Shown here piece by piece: positions 11,301 through 23,771 of a DNA stretch of 64,000 nt. Source of the DNA: Macrostomum hystrix (Eukaryota > Animalia > Platyhelminthes); the NCBI GenBank assembly GCA_950097015.1, contig CATNEN010000024.1, positions 4,278,001-4,342,000 of the forward strand. The letters run 5' to 3'. The position numbers and the translations under genes were made by a program. The stretch's first letter is position 1. Every line of letters begins with the position of its first letter. The notes beneath the pieces were generated by a model. It was not told the DNA's origin and did no database searches. It worked only from the letters and a program-made list of their open reading frames with translations.

Positions 11301-14300
11301 TTACTGTAATAATAATAATAATAATTGCAGGAGGGCTGCGGGCAGTGGCACATCATTTAGTGACACTAGACCCGCAGCCAGCGAGGAGGCAATTCTGCCC
11401 ATTTCGCTGACTCCTGAGCACACGCACTCAGATACTGTACGCAGGCATACGCTCACACAGGTGTGTACATCTGCCCTGACTTTCTCATCGTCAGGCAGTG
11501 TACATTTCACTGTGCCTTGGAGGTTGGCCCTCAAGGGCGTAAATTGCACGACAAGCCCCCAAGCCTTCTCTCCGCGGCTGCGCCCCAAATAAATGTGGCC
11601 TCACCGTGGAATCGAACTTAGGGACCTTGGTGCGAGAGGCAAACGCGATAACCGCTCTGCCACCGACCCCCCCAATTTACAATTTACTGTATGAGATCTT
11701 AAACAAAACAAAATTAGAAGCAATTGAAATTAGGAATAGCTGAGTCACTTGGCAAGGGAAAAATTAGGGCACTCTGCTATGTCAAAACGAGATCTAGGAA
11801 GATTTCGGAGAGGGATCTAGGGAGCTGTCAGAGAGGGATCTAGGGAGCTGTCGGAGAGGGATCTAGGGAGATATCGGAGAGGGATCTAGGGAGACATCGA
11901 AGTGCGATCTAGGGAGATGTCGGAGAGGGATCTAGGGAGCTGTCGGAGAGAGATCTAGGGAGCTGTCGGAGAGGGATCTAGGGAGCTGTCGGAGAGGGAT
12001 CTAGGGAGCTGTCGGAGAGGGATCTAGGGAGCTGTCGGAGAGGGATCTAGGGAGATGTCGGAGAGAGATCTAGGAAGATGTCGGAGAGAGATCTAGGGAG
12101 ATGTCGGAGAGGGATTTAGGGAGCTGTCGGAGAGGGATCTAGGGAGATGTCGGAGAGAGATCTAGGGAGATGTCGGAGAGAGATCTTGGGAGCTGTCGGA
12201 GAGAGATCTAGGGAGATGTCGGAGAGGGATCTAGGGAGCTGTCGGAGAGAGATCTAGGGAGCTGTCGGAGAGGGATCTAGGGAGATGTCGGAGAGAGATC
12301 TAGGGAGCTTTCGGAGAGAGATCTAGGGAGCTGTCGGAGAGAGATCTAGGGAGATGTCGGAGAGAGATCTAGGGAGCTGTCGGAGAGAGATCTAGGGAGC
12401 TGTCGGAGAGAGATCTAGGGAGCTGTCGGAGAGGGATCTAGGGAGCTGTCGGAGAGGGATCTAGGGAGATGTCGGAGAGAGATCTAGGAAGATGTCGGAG
12501 AGAGATTTAGGGAGATGTCGGAGAGGGATTTAGGGAGCTGTCGGAGAGGGATCTAGGGATATGTGGCAAGGGAATCCAGTAAAATATGGAACAAGAGAGT
12601 CTGCTATGGAGTGGGTGAGTGCCAGTGTAGCTGCGCCTTTCTAAATCTCAACATAGGAAAAATATTATTAAAGAAAGAAAGCAGAATTATGTCAAAGTGA
12701 AATCCGAGGGAAATGGAAATCTGAGATTTGAAGTCCGAATCCCCAGCACTAAGGGGATCAGCGCTCAGCGGGATGCAGAGGGGATTAGGAATTGAGAGCG
12801 GACCAGCTGGAGATTTCAACTCAATCGGATATCGCAAGAGCCGGTCTCAAAGCTCGAGCAGGAAAGATCCCTAATGATGAGGCGAGAGGCTGATGATTTG
12901 GGAGAACTGTCAGCGCGACGCACGGAAAGCTTATTTTCTTAGAAGGTATTTTGATACTTCGCTGTGGTTTCAATGCAATTCGCAAACTGCAATATCCATG
13001 ATGGCACTTTAATATGGTTAGGAAAAACTCTGCCTTTGACAAGTTGGGGATCTTGACGCTTATACGCACGCTGTAAACTCTACTCCCCTCGATGCTATTA
13101 TTACTATCACCCCTAGCAATTCCCTTTCCCTCAACCTGCTACCCTTCCACCTATTACCTTCTCCCCTACCTATTACCTTCTTCCCTCTATTTATTAGCTT
13201 GCCCTGAACGTATTACCTTCTCCCTCCGGTTATCAACTTCCCCTCTACCTATTACCTTCTCCTCTCTATTTATTAGCTTCCCCCTCTACATATTACCTTC
13301 TACCCTCTGCCTATTGCATCAGAGCGACGACCGCGGCGAGGCCACCACCGACGAGACGGTGCCCATCGCCAGACACCCGGACGGCGGAGGCCAGGAGCAG
13401 CAGCAGCAGGTGATGACATTCGAGGTGTCCTACCCGCCGGAGGCTGGCGCAGAAGAAGGTGCCGAGCGAGCCGAATGGGGCAACAAAGTGGAATTTCTGC
13501 TCACCTGCGTCGGCTACGCTGTCGGCCTGGGAAACGTGTGGCGCTTCCCCTACCTGTGCTACAAGAACGGAGGCGGTGAGTTGGGGTGGATGGCTGGGTA
13601 ATGCTAGAGGAATTACAGAGCAATTGTACCCAGTGTTGAGTTTGAGCACCTGCCCGTCTCCAGTGGTGTGCGCGGATCTATTCCTACCCCGCCGCATCCG
13701 TCCGGATCGATATAAAACTGCTGGTGGAAGGCTGGCTGGGGCTGCGAGCGGACTGACAGAGGAACTGGCTTTGCTTGCAGTTGAAACAATGCGACGCTGG
13801 GGTGGAGCTTCAGAGCAAGAAGCTATGAATTGCTTGCTAGTCTGCTTCTTGTGTTCTGACAGCCGCTTGTCTCGCGTCCGTAATGTGCCCTGTTAAACAG
13901 CAGCTTAATATATTGCACAGCATTTATATCGTATAAAAGTATAGACTGTCAGTTTTGAATTGCTATTCACAGACTCAGTGAAGAATGAGAAAGGAGCCGC
14001 TTGCTTGAGAGTAAATTGAATGGTCTGTTAAATCTAAAATACCCACGAAGCTCTCTACAAATTCTAAAAATCTAGCTTATTTAATCAAATGGCTTTAAAA
14101 ACGATACGGTAGAGAAGCGATGTGGCCAGAGGAATGAGGTAGATTGTAGAGGTGGCGGGTTTGGCTAGCTGGCGGAAGTGGCTAGCGGAGGGAGGTGGCT
14201 AAGCGGAGTGAAGTGGCTAGCGGAGGGCGTGGCTAGCGGAGGGGGTGGCTAAGCGGAGTGAGGTGGCTAGCGAAGGGAGGTGGCTGGCGTAAGGAGGTTG

Positions 14301-17300
14301 CTGTTGGAGAGGGGTGGCTGACGGAAGCATCGGCTATGACGCATTGAAATGTTTTTTACTTATTCACAGGCGCCTTTCTGCTACCATATTGCCTCATGCT
14401 GATTGTGGTTGGCCTGCCCTGCTTTTTCATGGAGCTCAGCTTCGGCCAGTTTGCCAGCGTCGGCCCGTTGACCATTTGGAGGATCAGCCCGCTGTTTAAG
14501 GGTGAGTAATACGTCCATTATTAAACGGCTGCTTAATAGTACCTACCTAATGAATAGTGAGGTGGTTGAGTAGTGAGGTGGTTGAGGAGTGAGATGGTTG
14601 AGGAGTGAGGTAGTTAAGTAGTGAGGTGGTTGAGGAGTGAGGTTGCTAAGGAGTGAGGTGGTTCGGTTTGATAAAAAGCTGTCGCTCGCTGGTTTTACAG
14701 GCCTCGGCGTATCGATGGTGATGGTGTCCCTGGTACTGTCGGTTTACTACAACGTGGTGGTGTCGCAGTGCCTGTTCTTCCTGGCCGCAAGCCTGCAAGC
14801 CGAAGTGCCGTGGCACAAGTGTGGCCATTCGTGGAACTCCTGGAGGTGCCGCGAATTCCAGCCGAAGTCGGTCAACTCATCTCTAGTTGGCCCCGAGAGC
14901 GCGAACGGCACCAGACTCCTGAATCTGACCAGCACCATTGGCACCTTCTTATTTGACAATTGCTCTTGTGAGAATTCTTTCACTATTTATCTAACCAAGT
15001 AAATCAAAATTAATGCCTCTTGGACATTGGACACTGGATACTTGTGTTTTTTTCAGTTGACAGCAACGATACTGCAACGAAGTGCCGAACGCCTTCCGAG
15101 GAATTCTACGAGTGAGTTGAGACCAGTGTCGATTCTGAGTCCTATTATACTCGTATAACATCCAAATAACTGTGATAGACTTCTAGACATTGATGATTAT
15201 CTGTATCGTAAGTGCTAGGACTTCTAGACAAACAGGATGACGTAACCACTAGGCTAGAGTCTCTAACTACGAAAAAGCCCTAGAATTGTGTCAACCCGCC
15301 ACCCGCCTCAGGGACTATGTGCTGAAGATCACATCCGGCATTGACGATCCCGGCCAGTTTAACTGGCTGCTTACTTTGTCACTGTTCGCCGCCTGGGTCA
15401 TCGTCACAATCGTGCTGATCAAGGGCATCCAGTCACTGGGCAAAGTGTCCTATTTCACCGCTATCTTCCCCTACATCATGCTTACAATCCTGCTCATCCG
15501 CGGCGCCACCCTGCCCGGCTCGCTAGACGGCGTGATCTTCTACGTGAAGCCCCAGTGGGCCCGCCTGCTGGACTACAAGGTGTGGATGGAGGCGGCGACG
15601 CAGATCTTCTTCAATCTGTCGTGCTGCAACGGCGGCCTCATCGCAATGAGCTCCTACAACAAGTTCCGCAACAACTGCCAGCAGGACGCAATCTTCGTGG
15701 CAGTCATCAACGCGCTGACCTCCGTTTTCGCCGGCTTTGTCATCTTCTGCAATCTGGGCTTCATGGCGCACCAGAAGCAGCTGCCGGTGGACAAGGTGGC
15801 CAAGGGCGGGCCCGGATTGGCTTTCATCGTCTACCCGGAGGCGCTGACACACCTGCCCCTGACGCCGCTGTGGGCTGTGCTCTTCTTCATCATGATGGCC
15901 ACGCTGGGCTTCGGATCCCAGGTGAGGCTTCTTGAGGCCGAGCTCAACGGACCAAAGTCCGGCAATTCCCATGTACACAGGGCTTCTGATGCAAAGAAAA
16001 AGGCTTTTAAAAAATCACCTTTAGAAATTGAAGAAAAATAGCACCTGAAAATATGGTACAGCTACCGCTTTTGCACGGCGCGTCCGAATGCTGAAGGCTG
16101 TGTACAGCTATCCAGTCCGTGGACTGGGGAGGCCGCTACACTAACAAATTTCTCACCAATTTTTTCAGCTGAGCAAGCTGAAGCACTTAGAAATTCCTAA
16201 AGGGGCTAAAAGCTCCCTTAGCTATCGCTTTTTCCGCTTGTTTTATTTCACAAAGGTTATGATGCAGAAAGCTGTCCTCTGATATTTGGAAATCCTGGAT
16301 TTAATAAAAAGTTTTCACACCTTAAAAGAAAAATATAACGAGTGTGAATATGGACTGAAGTTTAGGTAATTCGTGTTGCAGTGTGCGAGCATCAGCAAGA
16401 AATGTTTTTGTAGTAAAGCAAAACTTAGCTTAAACCTAAGCAATCAATTGGCGCAACATATGGAGCTCAGATAAGGCTACTCCAGGAGCAGATGATTTAC
16501 GCTCGCAACTATTGGTTTTCGCTTCAATCAATGACGCAAATTAAGTGCCGTCGCCTAAGAATTTTTTTTTTTCCTTTTCAAAGTATATTGGCACCCAGTT
16601 CTGAAAAATCTTATCAGCTTCCGAGACCTAATCTAGCAGACCCGCCCACGCAATCCCGCTAACAAATCAAAACCTCTGGGAAATTGTTAGCAAAAAGTTG
16701 AAACAAAAACTATATGCAAAGAACTGTAAAATAGAGTTTCTAAACATCCCAAAACTAAATTTTCCTCATCCAGACGTCCTATTTCATATAAGATTTAAAC
16801 ACCGGCAACTATTGACTTCTGCTTCTAGTGAAGAACCAGAATACATCTGTTCTACGAACCAGCCAATCAATCAATCAACCCCCATTTGCAGTTCTCCATT
16901 GTGGAGACAGTCCTGAGCGCCTTTCAAGACGAGATGCGAGTGAAGGGCATCATGAACCCGAACTCCAAGGTACAAGCCATTCTTTTCCGGGTGTTCGTGT
17001 GCCTTGGTCTGTTTATCATGGGCCTCTCCATGATGTACGGCGGCGGCATGTATCTGCTAAACTTGATCGACAACGCCGTGTCCACTTTCCCGCTGCTGGT
17101 GTGTGGCTTCATGGAGATCATGGTGCTGATGTACGTCTACGGCTACAACCAGTTCGCCGAGGACATCAAGATGATGGTCGGCGGAATGCCGAATCTGTAC
17201 TGGCGTTGCACATGGATGGCAGTCACCCCGATCATTCTGGTGATCCTCCTGCTGATGATGGCCATCTACAATGAGCCCATCACCTACGGAGATTATACTT

Positions 17301-17916
17301 ACGCCCGGCCTTACCAGGTGAGTTACGAGAGATCTAGTTTTTTGCCAAATGCTGAAATCACAAATGCTCATTTGCTGCGAACTTAGTTGATACACAAAGA
17401 CAGAAGTATTGCAACCCAAACAACCCTCTGAAGATCATGTGCCACCTCATCGGCGTATTCATTATCGCGTGGATCCCGATCTACTACACCTACAAGTACT
17501 GCCTGGAAGGCGGCTTCGTGCTCATGAAAGAGTTCCACAAGCCGGCCGAGGACTGGGGCCCGGCGCAGCGCACGGACCGCGAGGAGTTCCTTGAGAACCT
17601 TGCCAAGCGCACAGATTCGCTGGAGGGCGGCGCAAATTTCTTCCAGTCGAAGCTCAGCGTCGCCGCCGAGCTGCAGCGAGCGGCCAGCAAAGAGTCCGGC
17701 TTGAACCGGATCCGGTCGCACACCAACTCGTTCTCGGCGCTGCAACAGAGCGCCGTCTACGATCCGCAGGCCATCGCCTCGGCCGCCAATCCGACTCAGC
17801 AACTGCAGTCGCAGGTGTCGAACCAGTCGGCTGGCGGCGGCCGGCAGCAGCAGACCTCGTTCTCCATCGGAGTGCCGGGAGAAAAGGCTGCCGATGACAT
17901 CCAGACCACCGTGTGA
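8359..17916 (+). CDS. SLC6 Na+/Cl- dependent amino-acid transporter (GlyT/PROT-like), 779 aa; join(8359..8472,13323..13575,14370..14501,14701..14967,15057..15111,15312..15921,16892..17317,17434..17916)
   Basis: SNF motifs [75 protein letters not shown]. All junctions GT-AG and phase compatible (2340 nt). Exon 1 and the exon 4 donor are less certain. Confidence 0.92.
10062..10835. repeat. Pyrimidine-rich minisatellite, 50-bp unit, in SLC6 intron 1
   Basis: tcttctccca at 10081 and 10131 and onward; about 15 copies. Confidence 0.95.
11309..11677 (-). mobile_element. Complete tRNA-derived SINE (family A) with (ATT)n tail and 14-bp TSD
   Basis: Minus strand: A-box ggtggcagagcgg, B-box gttcgattcc, (att)n tail; tacaatttactgta repeated at 11295-11308 and 11678-11691; homologous copies at 37310-38005 and 63736-64000. 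Confidence 0.88.
11790..12565. repeat. Purine-rich minisatellite, 23-bp unit (gatctagggagctgtcggagagg), in SLC6 intron 1
   Basis: tgtcgg at 11941, 11964, 11987; more than 30 copies. Confidence 0.95.
14160..14330. repeat. G-rich degenerate minisatellite (about 16-17 bp, gtggctagcggagg) in SLC6 intron 2
   Basis: Visible tandem units. Confidence 0.8.
16070..16140 (-). mobile_element. 3' fragment of SINE family B
   Basis: cagtccgtggactg flanked by gtgt..cgg and a gctgtacacagc tail as at 26850-26910 and 55400-55460. Confidence 0.55.
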
Positions 17917-19989
17917 GCCTAGCGGAGCCCACGTCGCCGATGCCAAACATTTTTTGTTGACAAAATGAAGGGAAAAATGAAGTTTGGAGAGAGAGAGGGA
18001 GGTAGAGTACACCGCCTCTCCCCTCTCTTCCATTTCCCAGGGTGAGTTTCTGCGGTGAATGATCCTAATTGGGACTGATGTTTTGCTGGTCTGTGCCATG
18101 GGAGTTCTCGAAATATAATCCTAGATTTTAAAAAGGATTTAGGTACTAAGACAAATAGACGAGAGGGTGCATTGTATCTTAAGGTCCATGGCGTTCTTGA
18201 CAATCAGGACAGCGTGTAGACAAGGAGGTAGACAAGGAGGGCATTACCACTGTCCAACAAAGTAACATCCCCAAATTGTTGCACCATACGCGCCCCGCTT
18301 CATCTAAATGCCAATGCGACTGGGTTGCCTAAGGCTTCGTGTGCTGCCTTGGGTGTACTAATGGATCTTGAGCTAAGTTTTTACATTAAACTGAAGTATC
18401 TGAAGGAACCGAAACAGATTAAATTTCAAAGCAGAAGAACCAAGACTAGAAAAATATTTTGCATATGTTTTGTTTGAAATATATGCATGCATATAGAATT
18501 TCCTTTGATAGCAGAACTAATAAATTTTTCATTTAATAATTAATTATAAGGAATTAAGTCGCGATTAAACTGCACCATACTTTCTGGTCTTCCTCATACT
18601 TTGAATCAATATTTCACCTTTTTCGTATTTAATACCATCTATTTTATAATTATTGAACTGTTGAGTAAAATCTGATTTCTTTAACGAGCTTTGACGACCT
18701 TTCCCCACATAGTTCCACACCAAGGCCGTGACCTTGATGGGTACGCTTATGTAGCGATTACAGCTATTTTTAGACAATAAACTAACTAAAGGTCAGCCTC
18801 CGTCTAGGGTCGATTCACGGAAATTTCCACACAAAAATTAAATCGAAGCTTAATTTTTACACACGTGGGAGTAAAAAAGAACATACTAAATAGAGTAAAC
18901 CTGATATTTTCTAAATGCAACCTACATTACTTTATTTAAAGGTAGTGGGCAATTAAGATGTTGCGATATTGATAACAGCTATAACCTGGTAGATTGTGGA
19001 TTGAGCGAGATCTGGGACTAGGCAAATTGTACATTAGATCTTACTAACTACGCTTTTAAAATATGCATGTTTTCTTTTTGAATGAATGATTTGCGCATAA
19101 CTGGCAGTTTAAATTAAGTGATTTCTCCTTCAGTTGTGTATTTTCCGTCGTAAACAATACAAGGCTACATATACCCTGCTGCTATATCCGATTTTTTGTA
19201 ATTCCTGTGTTGAAATCTTAGCACTCAGCTTGTGAAGCTAACAACTTTAAAGTAAAAAAAAGGAGGAAATAGATTTTTTCTGCCACAAACAAGTCTGTTA
19301 GAGTCGTCTCAATTACATTAGAAGGCGCTAACTTTCTTCTTTTTGTTAATTTTCCGCCACAAAAATCGGAGGTGTTATAAAATTTGAATTAATAGTCACT
19401 GCGTGTATCTTTGCGACTAATAGTACGTTTAAAGTATAAGTTAAGTAAAGTAAAAATAGCACTCTGAATTGTCCTGTGAATTTTTTTTAAGCTGGTAATG
19501 ATGCAAATTGCTTCTGCAAACAAAGCTAATGAGGAAATAAAATATTTGGTATCGGCTCATAGAACTTAAAAAACCTTTGGATTGTTGCACTAATGAGACC
19601 TTTCTGCTGCCAAGTGTCGGTGAAATTGCAAAGCAAAAAAAAAACATTTTATTTTCAAAGCACTTGCGCAGAAGTCTTTTGCACAGTTTCATTTTCTCCT
19701 CCCTCTCTGAAAGCTAATTCTGTGCAAATTTAGTTTCCATTTTTGCTCTCCTAAATGACCGCCTCAGCTATTGTTGGCCTGCAAAAATAAACAAATAATT
19801 GTGTACACAACTGGCTCGCAATAATCGAGATTTGATGCGTTCGTTATTTAATAATTCGTACTTCCAGCTATCAGATACGATTGTAGAAGCAAGGCGTGCA
19901 TAAAATGGCAATAGTGGGAATCATAACGACTCAATTGCTTATCTTATCCGTGTATTTCATTTATTCGCCTGGGTCATTCATTTTTTTGT

Positions 19990-20250
19990 CGTCGTCTATG
20001 GCAAAACCATCTTAGAACGCATTGGTTGTCCCAATCTGGATATTGAATATCATCATACCCCATGCAGATTCGTTGTCTATGGCTAAACCATCTTAGAACG
20101 CATTGGCTGTCCCAATCTGGATATTGAATATCATCATACCCCATGCAGATTCGTTGTCTATGGCTAAACCATCTTAGAACGCATTGGCTGTCCCAATCTG
20201 GATATTGAATATCATCATACCCCATGCAGATTCGTTGTCTATGGCCAAGG
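19990..20250. repeat. Tandem repeat, 81-bp unit x3; in frame (27 aa) on the minus strand
   Basis: gtctatgg at 19994, 20075, 20156, 20237. Confidence 0.95.
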
Positions 20251-23198
20251 CCCATAATCGGACTCTGTTTCTTGGACATAGTAACTAAATCTGGGGTTTT
20301 ATCTTATACTTAATGTATCTTTGTATATTTTTATCTACAAAGTCCATGGACAGTACTGATTACAATGATATATTCGCATCATTTTCAGGATCACGCGGTT
20401 ATAACATTAACACTCAATATTAGTGCAAAAGAAAATTTGTTATGCACTTTAGGCTAAGCTTTTTACTCTACGCTTCCTTCCAAGTTAGACAAACTGGGCC
20501 CGAGCTTTAGATTAACTGCGGTCTTCCTTCCGAGGCGTTGAAAATATAGTTTATGGCCGAGAGCGAAATTAATTCCGACATGACAATAGCAAGGACCACT
20601 AGAAGAAGAAGGACAGGATACTTAGTTTCTTGGAAGATAGATTTATTAAAGGCAGATTTTCGCGGAAAAATGCACCAGCGAGATAGGAAATTTTCAAATG
20701 AAAATATTGATGCATAGCAATGTCGCAAAATAGTTGTCTTTTTTCCTAAATGTCTATGGCCAAAACTGACCATTGAACCCCTCGTTCAATGATCAAAAGT
20801 TGGCCAATCCTCAATTTATTAAGAAAGCCACAAATATACCATTATTTCTCTGCTCTGAATTGGCTGCTACAAAAGTTCTTCTAAAGCTAACATGATTATT
20901 GACTGGCTGCTCTTCACCGGTACAATTTAACCTTGACCCCCGTATATGAACGGAATTGTTACGATTTTTTAAACTGCGATGAAGAAGAATTAGTTAGAAA
21001 AACCTTTGGCACTGTAAACTTTCAGTTTTAGGTTATTCTTAGGTCTGACCGCCGCTTAAGTTTGCGAAAAACATGAAGCAACCTGATGAGATCTACCTGA
21101 TGGCGGCCTGTGGTGGCGCCACCGCGGCGCCCAACGGTTGCCCCGTCAAAGTTGATGCCAGTATCGTCTTTTTTAAACAAGTTCAAAGGTGGGTAACCGC
21201 GCCCCAAACCTGGGTGGTAATTTATATGATTCCAATTCTTATCAACAGATACAAAGGTGTATACAAAACTGAAAGCGGTTTTGAACTTTTTATTCGCTTT
21301 TCAGTGCATGACAACGGCTTTGACCATGAATAAAGAGTTGTCTAAATTGTTCAGTTCTCAATCTTGATCAATTATGTTTAAATTATCAAAAGTAGTCATT
21401 ATTTCGTATTTCTGACGAGTTTAAGTTAGAGACTATGGTGTGTTTAAAGCAATTCTTGATATCAGCTATTTATCAACATATGAAATGTATGTTTAAATAA
21501 TTTGATAGTTGTGTCTCAAACTACATACATGTAGTTGCTGGACTTGCACTTCGGAGAAGCATTTTGCTCTAATGACTCATTTCCGTACGCTAGTTCTGTA
21601 GCAGTATTGACGAATTGTATGCAACTATATGAAATAATTCTCCTATTCTATAAAAGCATTGCGTGTTGGCAGTGCTGTGTCAGTGAGTACTGCCCCGTGC
21701 CCCGCTGAGGACACACTGGTACGGGTCAAGTCGGCCTCACTGCCGGGCATGCTGCATGCCCGTAATGTATACCATTTCTGTTTGCTGCCCTGCCTGATGG
21801 GAATGGTTACGTAACTGATTCCCATGTGGGCAGTACTACTACTACGCATGGGATATTTCTGTTGTATTTCCTAGACCAGTTGTTTAAGGGAACTTTGGCT
21901 GCCTTCCATTTTATTACCTACTAGCAATAGTATTCCAGATTGAAGTCTCCAATTTGACTTATGTCCATTTCGCTAGACCCTGGCAATCAGACGACTTCCA
22001 ATTAGTCGGTGTTGCTGAAGTGGGGCCGTCAGTATCGCCTGCAGCTCGCTCCTCCGCACCAGCAGTGGGAAGAATTGTCCTGAACATTATGTACCGGGCA
22101 ATCAGTGGGATGCTCTCAGGCCTGCAACAGGCAGAGAGTTCGATTCTGGCCCAAGATATTCAAACCGATCCCTCTTGAAGACTGGAAGAGAGTGACAGTT
22201 TACGTGTTCCGTGGGCAGGCAGAAAGTTTCCCTCGTACCTGGCCTGAAGGAAGCGGTGACGGGAGAACCTGCACCATGAGAGGGTAATATGCTGAAAGCA
22301 TTTAGGTCTCTGTGGTTGAGACTGCGAAATGCTTTGCCAGTAAGAGGGGACCGGGGCTTTGGACTGGCGACAGCTCCGGGTGTTTTACTCCGCACAGCGT
22401 ACTATTTTCTCGTTGATGACGCAGGATGCGAAGGTAGGCAGACCATGAGTCTAAGGTCTCAAAATTATTCAAACAAACTCGTAAATTTTGAATGTATTTT
22501 TGTTGATACTATACGCCAATAACATGATAAATCACGTTGATCCCCGTTCCATGTGGCTTCCGTCTCATCAGGACGTTCAAGACTCATGGGGCGACTGGCG
22601 GAGCATTGCGCGAAGCCCAGACCGCTAACAAACAAAAACAGCAGGCCCGAAACACGAAGGAGTCGCTGAAGTGGCACCATGCAAGATCATAGAAGATACG
22701 GGAGTTTTAGGCGACTTCAGTGAACTGTCGCGACTTCACAGCCAACACGAAGTCCACTTGAGTATATTTCCAGATGGAAGTTTCAGCTCTACGTAAAGCA
22801 GGACAGCGTCTTGGATAAAAAATCATTCTGCGCCTAAAGTACGAGTACAAAATATTGCAGCTAGGAATTCAGGTAAAGATCCTTGATTAGAGCAACTGAA
22901 AATAATTCAGTATGAATAGCATTTAAACTAACATGTAACACGTAATGATTTGCACATGATCTCTGTCGACGCTGTTTTTTAGAGCTCGTTAAAAGTTCGT
23001 TAAAATGCAGAGAGATCACGCTATTCTTCCATCTTCAGCTAATTATTTTAAGTTTAGCCATAAACATTGATCCGAATGGTTCAGAATTTCTTTTCGATCA
23101 TTGTACTTTAACTAAAACCCATCAAATAAACAAGGCTGAAATCGCGTATTTATATAAAATATCATATTTTCCAGCCCAGAACTAAATAAATTGGAAGC

Positions 23199-23771
23199 AT
23201 GCCAGACGAGATTCGCGTCTCCAATGCCAGTCTGAAGCTGATGCATACTGAACTCTCGGAGCAGACTCCAGCCCGACGGGAAGACCAAACTGCGTCTGTT
23301 GATGGCGGCGATGCTCGGTCCATATTTACCACTGCGAATGAAGAAGAGGGATCAGAGATTGTGGGCTTTCTGGAACCCGGCGTGGCGATTAGTCCGAACC
23401 GGCGCTACTCCGCTAGGCTGAGCTGGAAGGTTGAAGAAAGCTGCGTGCCAACCAGGAGCTCCTTGGATTTCTACGCCAGACGCAGCGCTCGCCATTCCCA
23501 GCTCAGCCGAAGGTCGCAGCTGGCCGTTGAGGTTGGCCAGGACGAGATCACTCGGCAGCTTCTCTCCAGCAAGTTCTCATCATCCGTGGCGCTCAACCTG
23601 ATCAAACTGCCTAAGGGAGCTCATGCTTCGCAAAGGCATTCATTACGCCGCCCCAACATTGGCAGCCTAGATTTACTTGGATTCCTGGGCACCGAATTTA
23701 CCAGGCTTGACTGTGACGGATCGGGTGCGGCTGGCAAGGAAGTGAAGGCAGCGAAAGAGGAAAAGAAATAA
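23199..23771 (+). CDS. Hypothetical 190-aa Ser/Arg-rich protein (orphan; single exon or terminal exon)
   Basis: Non-repetitive GC-elevated ORF in an AT-rich spacer, preceded by acceptor-like tttccag; no domain recognised. Confidence 0.4.
   Translation: MPDEIRVSNASLKLMHTELSEQTPARREDQTASVDGGDARSIFTTANEEEGSEIVGFLEPGVAISPNRRYSARLSWKVEESCVPTRSSLDFYARRSARHSQLSRRSQLAVEVGQDEITRQLLSSKFSSSVALNLIKLPKGAHASQRHSLRRPNIGSLDLLGFLGTEFTRLDCDGSGAAGKEVKAAKEEKK

Noticed and set aside
19990-20250. CRISPR-like array
   Set aside because: Units are contiguous near-identical 81-mers with no unique spacers; the context is eukaryotic with no cas genes
23199-23771. SLC12/NKCC N-terminal tail assignment for the 190-aa ORF
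   Set aside because: Only vague resemblance, and no downstream KFGW or transmembrane exons were found
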